Shown piece by piece: positions 1-8,308 of a stretch of DNA of 32,000 nt. Position numbers and translations under genes: made by a program. Positions within the stretch are counted from its first letter, which is position 1; each line of letters begins with the position of its first letter. The stretch is from Haloquadratum walsbyi C23. Lineage in GTDB: Archaea > Halobacteriota > Halobacteria > Halobacteriales > Haloferacaceae. Where the stretch lies: contig NC_017459.1 in assembly GCF_000237865.1 (NCBI RefSeq), forward strand, positions 1,920,001 through 1,952,000, written 5' to 3'. The notes beneath the pieces were generated by a model, which worked only from the letters and a program-made list of their open reading frames with translations, searched no databases and had not been told where the DNA came from.

Positions 1-257
1 GTTTTTGATGTTGCGTCAATCCGAGGACCCTTGTATGTGAGCTTAGTTGTTGATGTGGCTGTATCGGCTTCATCAGACACATCACGCTCCTCTCGCCGAA
101 TTCGAAGCGCCTCATCTGTTGTTGCAAAATTGCGATGTGGTGCATTATAATATGTATCACGCTGTTCGACATGCCCAACATATGTCGAGTTGGCTTCAGT
201 GAGCGCGGACTCAACTCTATCATGAGACGCACGGATCTTAAGTTCAACCTCGTACAC
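1..257 (-). CDS. CYTH-domain protein (class IV adenylate cyclase / triphosphate tunnel metalloenzyme family), N-terminal part only; runs off the left edge
   Basis: Missing from the supplied ORF track because it has no stop in the window. Reverse-strand translation from GTG at 257 reads VYEVELKIRASHDRVESALTEANSTYVGHVEQRDTYYNAPHRNFATTDEALRIRREERDV...KLTYKGPRIDATSK. It carries the ExExK signature (YEVELK) and the DEALRIRR / TYKGP blocks typical of CYTH/CyaB proteins. An in-frame stop lies just upstream at 288-290. Confidence 0.7.
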   Translation of the reverse strand, partial: MYEVELKIRASHDRVESALTEANSTYVGHVEQRDTYYNAPHRNFATTDEALRIRREERDVSDEADTATSTTKLTYKGPRIDATSK

Positions 258-556
258 ATAGCCTCGGTATAACCGAATTGGAATAAGTTATCTGGTCTGC
301 TAGGTCGACATTGCTGATAGTCTGAGGATCGTTCTCTTGCGTAAAAAGATTGTATTTATTTAAATATATTTGTAATCGATTTAGTTGGATACAAGGGCTA
401 AGTCTCTATCCATAAGAAGTAAATTGTAGATGTATGAACATGATGCAGAAGTCGATCCGAGGAGTCTATTGTCGTGATAATTGGTATTGAGCGGTATGCG
501 ATAATATGCAGGGTCGAAACGTGATTCTTAAGAGTCAGACGGGAGATATTCAGTAT

Positions 557-1609
557 ATGAGTGACGAACCGCAGGCGGAAGAGGCCGATACGGCCGATTC
601 GGGCATTCAAGACGGTGACTTTGTCCGTCTTGCATACACCCTCCGAACGCAGGAAGATAAAACCGTCATCGACACGACAGACCCAGAGGTCGCTGAAGAA
701 GCAGGGTTAGATGACGATGAGCGTGAATTTGAGCCTCGTGTATTAGTTATTGGTGCAGGACATCTTTTCCCCTCAGTCGAAGATGCGATTCTCGACACAA
801 CTGCTGGCGACAGTGGGGCTGTTGAAATCCCTGCGGATGATGCCTTCGGTGAGTATGATGAGGATGAGGTCCGAACAATCAGTGCAAATAAGATTGATGA
901 CGATAATCAGTACCCTGGCGCGCAAGTGCAGATTGATGGCGATCAGGGTCGGATTATAACCATAATCAACACACGTGCACGGGTAGACTTCAACCATCCA
1001 CTCGCTGGTCAGGATCTTGAGTATGAATATGAAGTGCGTGATATCGTTGAGGATCCTGAAACAAAGGCTGAAAGTCTACTTGGAATGTATCTCCAAACGC
1101 CTCCAACCGTTCGAATTGAGACTGATACAGTCGAAGAAGAGCAACCTATTGAGACAGCAGACGAATCAGAGACTGCGGCTGAAGATGATGTCGATGCCGA
1201 TACTGAGTCGGAGATTGAAGCAGAAGTTGAGCCACCAGTCGAAACTGAAACTGAGACGGTTGAAGTTGAAAAGGAAACACTCTATGTGGACTCAACGCCT
1301 GAAATGCAAATGAATCAACAGTGGCTCTTCTCAAAACAACAGATTGCAGAAGAGGTTATTGACCGGACTGGTATTGACCGGATGATTATTCAAGAAATCC
1401 TTGATGGACGAGGTGGCATGATGGGGGGTCTTGGTGGCATGATGGGCGGTATGGGTCCTGAACTCGATGCTGAAGACGATGTTGAGACAGATGTCGATGA
1501 GTCGGATGATGTCGATATCGAGGAAACAGTCGAAGACCTCGAAGAACTTGAAGATGTAGACATCGACGCTGAAGAACTAGCTGCTGAATTGGGCGATGTT
1601 GAAGAGTAA
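557..1609 (+). CDS. FKBP-type peptidyl-prolyl cis-trans isomerase (long archaeal SlyD/FKBP form) with a very acidic C-terminal extension containing a GGM repeat
   Basis: FKBP/SlyD-like blocks are present: DGDFVRLAYTLR..., VLVIGAGHLFPSVEDAIL, IPADDAFGEYDEDEV, RVDFNHPLAGQDLEYEYEV. I prefer ATG 557 (MSDEPQAE) to the track start at 506, whose N-terminus is basic and atypical. Confidence 0.8.
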   Translation: MSDEPQAEEADTADSGIQDGDFVRLAYTLRTQEDKTVIDTTDPEVAEEAGLDDDEREFEPRVLVIGAGHLFPSVEDAILDTTAGDSGAVEIPADDAFGEYDEDEVRTISANKIDDDNQYPGAQVQIDGDQGRIITIINTRARVDFNHPLAGQDLEYEYEVRDIVEDPETKAESLLGMYLQTPPTVRIETDTVEEEQPIETADESETAAEDDVDADTESEIEAEVEPPVETETETVEVEKETLYVDSTPEMQMNQQWLFSKQQIAEEVIDRTGIDRMIIQEILDGRGGMMGGLGGMMGGMGPELDAEDDVETDVDESDDVDIEETVEDLEELEDVDIDAEELAAELGDVEE

Positions 1610-1624
1610 TTGATATGACTAGCA

Positions 1625-1993
1625 GTGAACTACCCTGTCTTACCGCGCTCGGGGCTGCTCGTTGCTTTCCTCTTGCTTATTGAGTACAGGGTTTCCTGCT
1701 TCGCTTCGCTTCGCTGTCAGAAGCATAGTGAGGACATAGAGATTCCAGACTTCACGCGTGTGGTTCGGAGTGTCTCACTCTTACTGGATAGACACTCTGC
1801 CGTACTCGTCAATGCGTGCTTCTTCTCGCACCCGAATACGGCTGAGAACACGGCGAGCATCGTGTGAAACACCGAAAACACACAGGATGCTGATTGTATT
1901 GATCAAACCGTATGACAGAGTAATGACGGCGTTGTATCCCATCCCCGCCTTACTCACTCGCTTCGCTCGTTCCTTGAGGACGGCTTAGCACCT
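1625..1993 (-). mobile_element. Family A repeat, copy A1: internally deleted IS1341-type (IS200/IS605, TnpB-only) element with LE-like hairpin, decayed tnpB 3' end and RE
   Basis: The reverse strand starts with an LE-like hairpin region (AGGTGCTAAGCCGTCCTCAAGG...GGCGGGGATGGGATAC). Decayed coding sequence follows, still translating ...DTPNHTR...LTAKRSEAGNPVLNKQ. The element ends with stem CCCTGT/ACAGGG and terminal TAGTTCAC. Both termini match 9961-10330. Confidence 0.65.
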
Positions 1994-2416
1994 ATTGAAT
2001 AATAGATCGCTCTTATGAAGTACATTGTTGGTGGCGAGCAGTCGGGCGATTTTTTGTATTTCTCTACGGCGCCTGAGCTTCCCAGAACGAGAGTGAGACA
2101 GGGTGAAAGAACCGATTTACCGAATTTACTCAGTTCGGAGAGTCATCACCAACAATCTGCTTCACAAGAGCGTAATAGATAAAGTGGAAATCCTCTCATA
2201 GTGAACAACAGGACTTCCCACAAGCGGAGGGATACTGACTTGGGAGTTCACGGAGTATTATTTCTGAAGGGATACCAACAGTGCCGCACTACTGTACCAT
2301 GCCGCCATATGACATATTCGTCTGATGGCAGTACGTTCCACGGTGAACGGAAGAATCACAGTATTGCCACCATCTGATAGGACATATAAAATATCACTCA
2401 CTTTTACTCACTTTTT

Positions 2417-3031
2417 TCACTTTTTTCTAAGCAATGTCTCGGTGATTGCTGAATATGCCTGTGTGACTACGGGTGAATGAAGTGGTTCAGTTCGTTCAGG
2501 TACACTGTGTAGTGTTGGTGCTGCGAACATTTCTGAGAGTCCACGCGGTGGCGAATCTGTCTGTGTAACAATGACACCTGCAACTGTGGTTCCAAGTGTT
2601 CGAGCCATGGCAGCCGTTTTTGCAGCGTCTTGGATCGAAGCAACTGCTGGTGTAGTGATTATAATGACCATGTCTGCAACTCGGAGAGGGCGGGCTGCAT
2701 CTGGACCTGCTCCGGCGGGACAATCAGTGAATACCGGACCAAGGTTAGCAGATACAATCGTTTTGAGATACCGAATGCGCGCTGTAAGATGTGTAATATG
2801 GTCATCTGGAAGCGGTGCTGGAAGTATTCGGGTCTGTGGATCTACTGGGTCAATATACGTTGTTTCAGATGATGATTTGATTGTATGACGCGAAGTACCG
2901 GCAAGTCGATGTAGGTTTGGGAGATCATAATCTGCATCAACAGCGACTGCAGGACCGTTAACCGCGCGAGCAAGCCCAAGTGTTGTTGTTGTTTTACCAC
3001 AGCCACCCTTACCACCAGCAATCGCGAACAT
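2417..3031 (-). CDS. MinD/ParA-family P-loop ATPase
   Basis: It has the deviant Walker A motif AIAGGKGGCGKTTTTLGLA at the N-terminus and a second hydrophobic strand ending in D (MVIIITTP). At 204 aa the size fits CbiA/MinD-like proteins. Confidence 0.8.
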   Translation of the reverse strand: MFAIAGGKGGCGKTTTTLGLARAVNGPAVAVDADYDLPNLHRLAGTSRHTIKSSSETTYIDPVDPQTRILPAPLPDDHITHLTARIRYLKTIVSANLGPVFTDCPAGAGPDAARPLRVADMVIIITTPAVASIQDAAKTAAMARTLGTTVAGVIVTQTDSPPRGLSEMFAAPTLHSVPERTEPLHSPVVTQAYSAITETLLRKK

Positions 3032-3178
3032 GCTAAAATTGTCAGGTCGGATTGTGATTTGAACACTCGGATCTTTTGAAAATCGCTAACACAATCTCTG
3101 CTATTTATCTGACAAATCGTGTCAGCGAAATAAAGGTATTTTTCCAGAAAACTATGTCGTTATAGTAACCGACACGAA

Positions 3179-3556
3179 TCACTCATCTTGACAACATCCG
3201 CCTGCCTCACCGCCAAAATCAACAGCTAATGGGTCTGAGATTGCTTTATTAATATCCTCAAGTTTGGACTGAAGTGCTTTTTGCGCATCGAGATATGCTG
3301 CCATCTTCGACATATTATGTAGCTCTGACTGTGCGGATTTCACTTTATCAAGCATCTCTTGGGTAGCGGTTCCAGCTTGACGAGCAGTCATAAATGTATC
3401 ACGATGATCCTGGAATTTCGCGATCTGAGCTTGAATTTCATCATCTGCTTCGACAGCTGCTTTTGTTTCTTCGAATGTTTCATACTCCGGAGTTTCAGCA
3501 ATTGCCTCTCCAAGATCGCTTCCAAGCTGCTCAAGTTTGTCCGTTTGAACGCTCAT
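3179..3556 (-). CDS. YlbF/YmcA-like (UPF0342) helical protein with C-terminal Cys pair
   Basis: From ATG 3556 the protein reads MSVQTDKLEQLGSDLGEAIAETPEYETFEETKAAVEADDEIQAQIAKF...GGEAGGCCQDE. It is an all-helical acidic protein of about 125 aa with a Gly/Cys C-terminus, like YlbF-family proteins. The track start at 3637 adds a basic, atypical N-terminus. Confidence 0.55.
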   Translation of the reverse strand: MSVQTDKLEQLGSDLGEAIAETPEYETFEETKAAVEADDEIQAQIAKFQDHRDTFMTARQAGTATQEMLDKVKSAQSELHNMSKMAAYLDAQKALQSKLEDINKAISDPLAVDFGGEAGGCCQDE

Positions 3557-3769
3557 TGTGTAATATATGCTTGGGAAGTATTTCAAAGTGCGGTCATATG
3601 CACGGGTACTCAAGCCAACTGCTTCGGGGTAATTCACTATCTAAATCTGATGAATTGACATATAAATAATCATATGATATATTCAGCAGCTCGGATGAAG
3701 TCAAATAGACACAAGTGGGAAGATGAAATAAGCAAAAGAGTCTAGCGCCCAACCTGTATATATATATAT

Positions 3770-5308
3770 GTGGCACCTGTCTCAACCGACCGGTTCGCGA
3801 CGTTACTTCGCGAGCTTGAACAATCCCGTTTTACAGCCTTTGTAGCTGCCCTCTGGGACGCACGGAATGATGAAGATGTAACGATTGAACAGCAATATAT
3901 CTATATTGGTGGTCAAAATGAGAGTCAATCGCAGACTGTGCTTGCTGTTGTTGGTCATTCATGGATGCCAAGTCGATTTCGCCGATTCACTATTCCTGAG
4001 ACAGTTGATATTCTGATTACGACACAGCAGACAAAACGATATATAGAGACAACTGGCGCTGTTGATGCACGTATTGTCGGTCCTGCAGAATTGCGCTCAA
4101 TTGCACTTTATGCTATTCCACGACCGACTGCTGAGAAACTTTTTAATCAGTATTTCAATACGTCTGTTACGATAGATAGTTCACATGCTGACGAAACCGG
4201 GACCCGCCATCACTCAAATACGTATACGAAACATAGCTTATTGAATAGCCTAACATCACTGATACGAAATACACATGCCAAGCGTCGGCGACCGGTAGCA
4301 TCGGTATTTGTAGTTATCATTTTATTAACTGTGATTACAGGTAGTGGAATCGCACTCGGTGTCATGCCAGGGGTAGCGTCAGATATCTCATCAGAGACAA
4401 CTTCAGGAGACACCACGGTTGGAACGATTATCAATGAAGTAAGTGCTGAGATTCAGGTGTTTCTTGGAGTTTCATCAGCTAGTGCTGAACAGCAGTCATG
4501 GTCACAGCCAGACCCCGGGACACAATCCACAGCATCAGATGCTAGAAGTCAGTTGGCACCAAACGGCTCAGAGCCTAGAAAGACAACAGGAGATACGCAG
4601 ACATTACTCGGATATCCACCGGGCGTCACAACAACTGGCATCGTTGATCCAGACCGATTAGCAGCAGCACATGCTGATACTATCTCAGGACAATCATATC
4701 GATATATCGTCAGGAAGCAGAATGTCAGTGCGTTTGGTAAACAAACCTGGCAAGAGCTCTCAGAAGAGGCAGTAGTCGCCAATCAAATTGATTATTTATA
4801 TACCGCAACAGGAATATTGCAGTCGGAGAATGAGACTGAAGATGTGAATCTAAGTGTTTATGCTGACAGATCAGCAGCTTATATTCGAGTTGATCGCGAG
4901 AGCGAGGAGAATGTTTCATTCGGGAGATTTTCTGTTAGTGGCGGTGAGTTTGGAAGCAACAATGGGCGATTTGCCAACCGCGCAGAAAGCATCATACAAC
5001 GGTATCTTGATACCTCGGAATCACGGGTCGTCCTCTCAAAACCGAACGATGGGACATATACCATTATTGCGAGCGGACAGCCATTTGGAATAAATACAGA
5101 CGGTCGCACTGAGGAGTATCAAGCGGTTGCTCAGGTGAATGAGCAGGGGTTTGTCTCATCGTTTACTGCATCGTATCGTCGTGTCACAGAAAATGAAACG
5201 ACCAATGTTTACGTTTCGTTTGAGTATGAGGATATCGGATCGACAACAACCTCACAGCCTCAATGGTACACAACGGCCCAAAATGAGACAGCGAGATCGA
5301 CACGATGA
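3770..5308 (+). CDS. Hypothetical single-pass membrane protein: cytoplasmic N-domain, one TM helix, large Thr/Ser-rich exported domain with many N-x-S/T sequons
   Basis: It is a long acidic ORF with TM segment VASVFVVIILLTVITGSGIALGV. The C-terminal block YPPGVTTTGIVDPDRLAAAHADTISGQSYRY resembles conserved haloarchaeal exported hypothetical proteins. The start is uncertain, because GTG 3770 directly abuts a (TA)n run at 3757-3769. Confidence 0.6.
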   Translation: MAPVSTDRFATLLRELEQSRFTAFVAALWDARNDEDVTIEQQYIYIGGQNESQSQTVLAVVGHSWMPSRFRRFTIPETVDILITTQQTKRYIETTGAVDARIVGPAELRSIALYAIPRPTAEKLFNQYFNTSVTIDSSHADETGTRHHSNTYTKHSLLNSLTSLIRNTHAKRRRPVASVFVVIILLTVITGSGIALGVMPGVASDISSETTSGDTTVGTIINEVSAEIQVFLGVSSASAEQQSWSQPDPGTQSTASDARSQLAPNGSEPRKTTGDTQTLLGYPPGVTTTGIVDPDRLAAAHADTISGQSYRYIVRKQNVSAFGKQTWQELSEEAVVANQIDYLYTATGILQSENETEDVNLSVYADRSAAYIRVDRESEENVSFGRFSVSGGEFGSNNGRFANRAESIIQRYLDTSESRVVLSKPNDGTYTIIASGQPFGINTDGRTEEYQAVAQVNEQGFVSSFTASYRRVTENETTNVYVSFEYEDIGSTTTSQPQWYTTAQNETARSTR

Positions 5309-5346
5309 TGATATGTTAGCAGGGATATCTGATAGTTCCGACAAAT

Positions 5347-5895
5347 TGCTTGTTATAGCTGATACAGGCGCAATACCACGGTCTTCAGACCGTGTATACG
5401 CGCTGTCGCAGCCGGAGGTCGGAGGTTTCCGAACACTTTCTTTACAACATCATATAAGTATAATTATCGGCGCACTAGCTCTGACCCTGGTGTAGCCGAA
5501 CGCCTGAAACGTGGCGGTTCGAGTGTGAGTGTCCGCTCACGCTTGAAACAGGGTGTGCCTCATGTTGGAAGCAAACAACGCACCGGGCGAGCGTTAACGT
5601 AAGTAACACCGAGTCTGGTGACACCGACCACCAACCACCAATCCTATGACAAAACTAACACAGGAACACGTTTTCGGCTGAAGATAGGAGTATCGGGGGG
5701 AGGGGCTGAGATGTGGCACTCCCAATTGCAAGAGGCTGTCCATTACCTGGTTTCATACCGATTCGCACGGTGTGTGAGATTGGCAGTCTGCAAACCTGCA
5801 CCTGAAACCCCCAACTCAGCGCAGCGGCGCGGTGCCGTGGGATTCCTCCGCGTGAACGTGGAGGAGCATGTCAAGAACTGCTGATTCATCGCCGT
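5347..5895 (+). mobile_element. Family B repeat, copy B1: internally deleted IS1341-type element of a second lineage with LE hairpin, decayed tnpB 3' part and RE
   Basis: The LE is an imperfect hairpin, CGCAATACCACGGTC-TTCA-GACCGTGTATACGCG (5369-5402). One reading frame runs from a zinc-finger-like remnant (WRFECECPLTLETGCASC) to C-terminal GIPPRERGGACQ and is broken by four in-frame stops. The RE hairpin is CCTCCGCG-TGAA-CGTGGAGG (5845-5864), followed by CATGTCAA (to 5874). Confidence 0.65.
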
Positions 5896-6039
5896 GCCGA
5901 TTGGCATTCAGACATCGATAGTGTTTATGCAACCCGAAAAAATGCGGAGTTCTTCACGAATAAATTGATAGAACACCGGGATGAGGGGAAATTTTGGCAA
6001 CATCAGTGAATAACAGTTATCCAGCCAGACAGGTTATAT

Positions 6040-7080
6040 ATGATAATGAGCCAAGAAACAGCAACTGAAGGCGACCTCAGAAATACCGGTATGTCACTCA
6101 AACATGATCGGGAGTGGGATTACGAACTCGATCGAATTGTTGAGGAGATTGAAGAACGTGATGCAGATCGTGTTGGATTACAGTTTCCTGAAGGACTCAA
6201 ACGACGTGGTCCAGCAGTCGCAGATGACCTGCGCGCACTTTGTGGCGATGATGTGACATTTATGCTCTCCGGTCAACCATGTTATGGTGCCTGTGATCTT
6301 GATACATATCTGATGCGTCGAACGGACGTATTCGTGCACTTTGGGCACTCGCCAATGAAGGAGTCTGATAAAATCATATATGTGCCACTATTCTCGAATG
6401 TTGACCCATTTCCGATTCTTGAAGAGGCTGTTGATGAATTACCCGAAGATGATGTTGGTCTCGTGACAACTGCTCAACATATGAATCAGTTCGAATCAAT
6501 GGTCACGTGGCTTGAGACACGCGGGTTTGATGTTCACACTCGGCGAGGTGACGACAGGCTCACACATGAGGGACAAGTGCTTGGGTGTAATTATGCATCA
6601 GCGGACATTGATGCTAATCAGGTACTCTACGTTGGTGGTGGGAAGTTCCACCCACTTGGGCTTGCGATGGAACATCCGGATAAGCACGTTCTAATCGCAG
6701 ATCCGGTCAATAACGTCGTGACTGTTGCTGACACAGAGAAGTTCATGAAGCAGCGATATGCGGCTGTACATAAGGCAATGAGTGCCAACAAGTGGGGAGT
6801 TATCTTCTGTACGAAGATTGGGCAGGGTAGAATGGATACGGCTGAGTCAATTCTTGAGGATAACGACAATACATATCTCATTACAATGGATGAGGTGACA
6901 CCAGATCGACTTCGAAACTTCGATATGGACGCTTTTGTCAACACAGGTTGTCCGCGTATTACCACCGATGATGGGCCGCAGTTTCATAAACCGATGCTCA
7001 CACCTGGCGAGTATCGCATCGCTGTTGGTGATAAGCCATTGGACTCGCTTTCTTTCGATACATTCCACGGCACATGGTGA
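6040..7080 (+). CDS. dph2: 2-(3-amino-3-carboxypropyl)histidine synthase (diphthamide biosynthesis protein Dph2)
   Basis: The sequence follows the archaeal Dph2 pattern: DYELDRIVEEIEERDADRVGLQFPEGLKRRGPAVADDL..., GQPCYGACDLD, VHFGHSPM, GCNYASAD, VNTGCPRI. At 346 aa the size fits. Confidence 0.85.
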   Translation: MIMSQETATEGDLRNTGMSLKHDREWDYELDRIVEEIEERDADRVGLQFPEGLKRRGPAVADDLRALCGDDVTFMLSGQPCYGACDLDTYLMRRTDVFVHFGHSPMKESDKIIYVPLFSNVDPFPILEEAVDELPEDDVGLVTTAQHMNQFESMVTWLETRGFDVHTRRGDDRLTHEGQVLGCNYASADIDANQVLYVGGGKFHPLGLAMEHPDKHVLIADPVNNVVTVADTEKFMKQRYAAVHKAMSANKWGVIFCTKIGQGRMDTAESILEDNDNTYLITMDEVTPDRLRNFDMDAFVNTGCPRITTDDGPQFHKPMLTPGEYRIAVGDKPLDSLSFDTFHGTW

Positions 7081-7337
7081 ATCGCCTCGAGACTATAAAC
7101 AGACCTACATAGTGTCTGTTCTGCATCATTAATAAATTCAATTAGTAGATTACAAACTCACTCGGTAGTGCCAGTGTTGGCGTTATTACGATGGAGTATC
7201 CCAGGTGACCGACCTTTTATTTCATTTCGAAGAATATTTTAATCTACCCTGATATCTCGGGATATTATACATAATATCCATTTGATATTTTTTGTGTATA
7301 AAGCGGTGAGTATTTTCCTTGATTTTTATACCCATTA

Positions 7338-8201
7338 ATGCTTGATATTTACATAGATAATATGAGCACAGTCAAAACTGATTGGGGATCGTGGCTCCCA
7401 CGCGATGTCGAAGCAGCATCACCTAATACAGTTGCTATCTGGTATCTTGGATGTAATGGGTTCTTTCTAAAGGGGAATGAAGGGACAACAATCGCAATTG
7501 ACCCCTATGTTGGAACTGGTGATCCGCCGCGAACGGTTCGGATGATTCCGGTACCATTCGATCCTGGTGATATCACAACCATGGATGCAGTCCTCGCAAC
7601 TCATGAGCACACTGATCATACCCATGGTCCATCACAGGGTCCGATTCTTGAGTCAACAGACGCGCGATTTTATGCACCTGATGATTCAATTGATGTTGCG
7701 CGTGAAACCGAGGCGTGGCAGGATGAATATGATATCAATGAGACACAACTCCAGGTTATATCAGAGGGAGATACAATTGATATTGGAGAGTTCACGGTTC
7801 ATGTTGAGTACGCTCATGATCCTGATTCGACACACCCGGTCTCATATGTGATTGAACATGACACAGGAACATTCTTTCATGGTGGTGATACAAAGCCGCA
7901 CGATGATTTTGACGCGCTCGGGAATGCATATGATATTGACCTTGGGGTACTTGCATTTGGCTCAATTGGTAATATCGATGATAAAGACACTGGTGAACCT
8001 GTCCGAACAAAATGGTATGCAACTGAAAACGAGATTATCCGTGCAGCAGCAGCCCTCAATATTGATCGGCTTCTTCCAAGTCATTGGGACATGTGGAAAG
8101 GATTAACAGCGGATCCAACAGCATTGCACGCACATGCACAAAGTTATACATTCCCTCGGGTGATTGAGATTGCTGAAATTGGCGACCGTATCGATATATA
8201 A
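7338..8201 (+). CDS. MBL-fold metallo-hydrolase (UlaG-like)
   Basis: It has the HxHxDH motif (ATHEHTDHTHG) and a later GGDT block, in an acidic 287-aa ORF. ATG 7362 (MSTVKTD) is an alternative start. Confidence 0.8.
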   Translation: MLDIYIDNMSTVKTDWGSWLPRDVEAASPNTVAIWYLGCNGFFLKGNEGTTIAIDPYVGTGDPPRTVRMIPVPFDPGDITTMDAVLATHEHTDHTHGPSQGPILESTDARFYAPDDSIDVARETEAWQDEYDINETQLQVISEGDTIDIGEFTVHVEYAHDPDSTHPVSYVIEHDTGTFFHGGDTKPHDDFDALGNAYDIDLGVLAFGSIGNIDDKDTGEPVRTKWYATENEIIRAAAALNIDRLLPSHWDMWKGLTADPTALHAHAQSYTFPRVIEIAEIGDRIDI

Positions 8202-8308
8202 CTCCGAAAGGTCGCATTAACATCGTTATTTTATCAAAGGGATGTGAGCACTGTCAGTGTTGATTAACTCATATAATACATCATAACATCGAGATGTGGG
8301 TCGGTCGA

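Noticed and set aside
1625-1640. GTGAAC... 5' end interpreted as a group II intron start (GUGYG-like), with the GNRA-capped stems in family B as domain V.
   Set aside because: The sequence is GTGAA, not GTGYG. No intron-encoded reverse transcriptase, no domain V consensus and no exon continuity are present. The TnpB-remnant reading on the other strand explains the conservation better.
1700-1717. Tandem GCTTC x3 (cttcgcttcgcttcgct) as a microsatellite.
   Set aside because: On the reverse strand it is the AKRSEAG-coding part of the TnpB C-terminal remnant of copy A1. It is not an independent repeat feature.
1625-1867. Track ORFs starting MNYP... (1625-1867 and 9961-10194, GTG starts), plus 1758-1988, as possible paralogous small proteins.
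   Set aside because: The shared MNYPxLPRSGL comes from translating the reverse complement of the family A RE (GTGAACTACCC...). The products are basic and Leu/Arg/Ser-rich, unlike the acidic proteome. The opposite strand carries the recognisable TnpB C-terminal remnant.
2000-2416. Possible third decayed tnpB tail on the minus strand. It shares an 11-mer AGCAGTCGGGC with the family B zinc-finger region. Translated snippets read GNTVILPFTVERT, YPSACGKS and SFWEAQAP. A 10-bp inverted repeat ATTGTTGGTG/CACCAACAAT lies at 2015-2024 and 2147-2156.
   Set aside because: The matches are short and scattered over several frames, and I could not identify RE or LE ends. The evidence is too weak to annotate. 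It would need a frameshift-tolerant BLASTX.
3626-3637. GGGGTAATTCAC (plus strand), an 11/12 match to the family A RE terminus GGGGTAGTTCAC, as a fourth A copy.
   Set aside because: No convincing stem or TnpB-like remnant lies upstream. An 11/12 match to a 12-mer is not far from chance expectation in 2 x 32 kb. It is left unresolved rather than called.
5618-5884. ORFs inside family B copies (5618-5884, 8381-8593, 8446-8655, 8656-8838, 8661-8873, 10541-10843, 10650-10850, 10666-10929) as genes.
   Set aside because: They lie in repeat DNA, are basic or Pro/Arg/Gly-rich, and differ between copies through stops and frameshifts. They are best explained as frames of a decayed tnpB tail.
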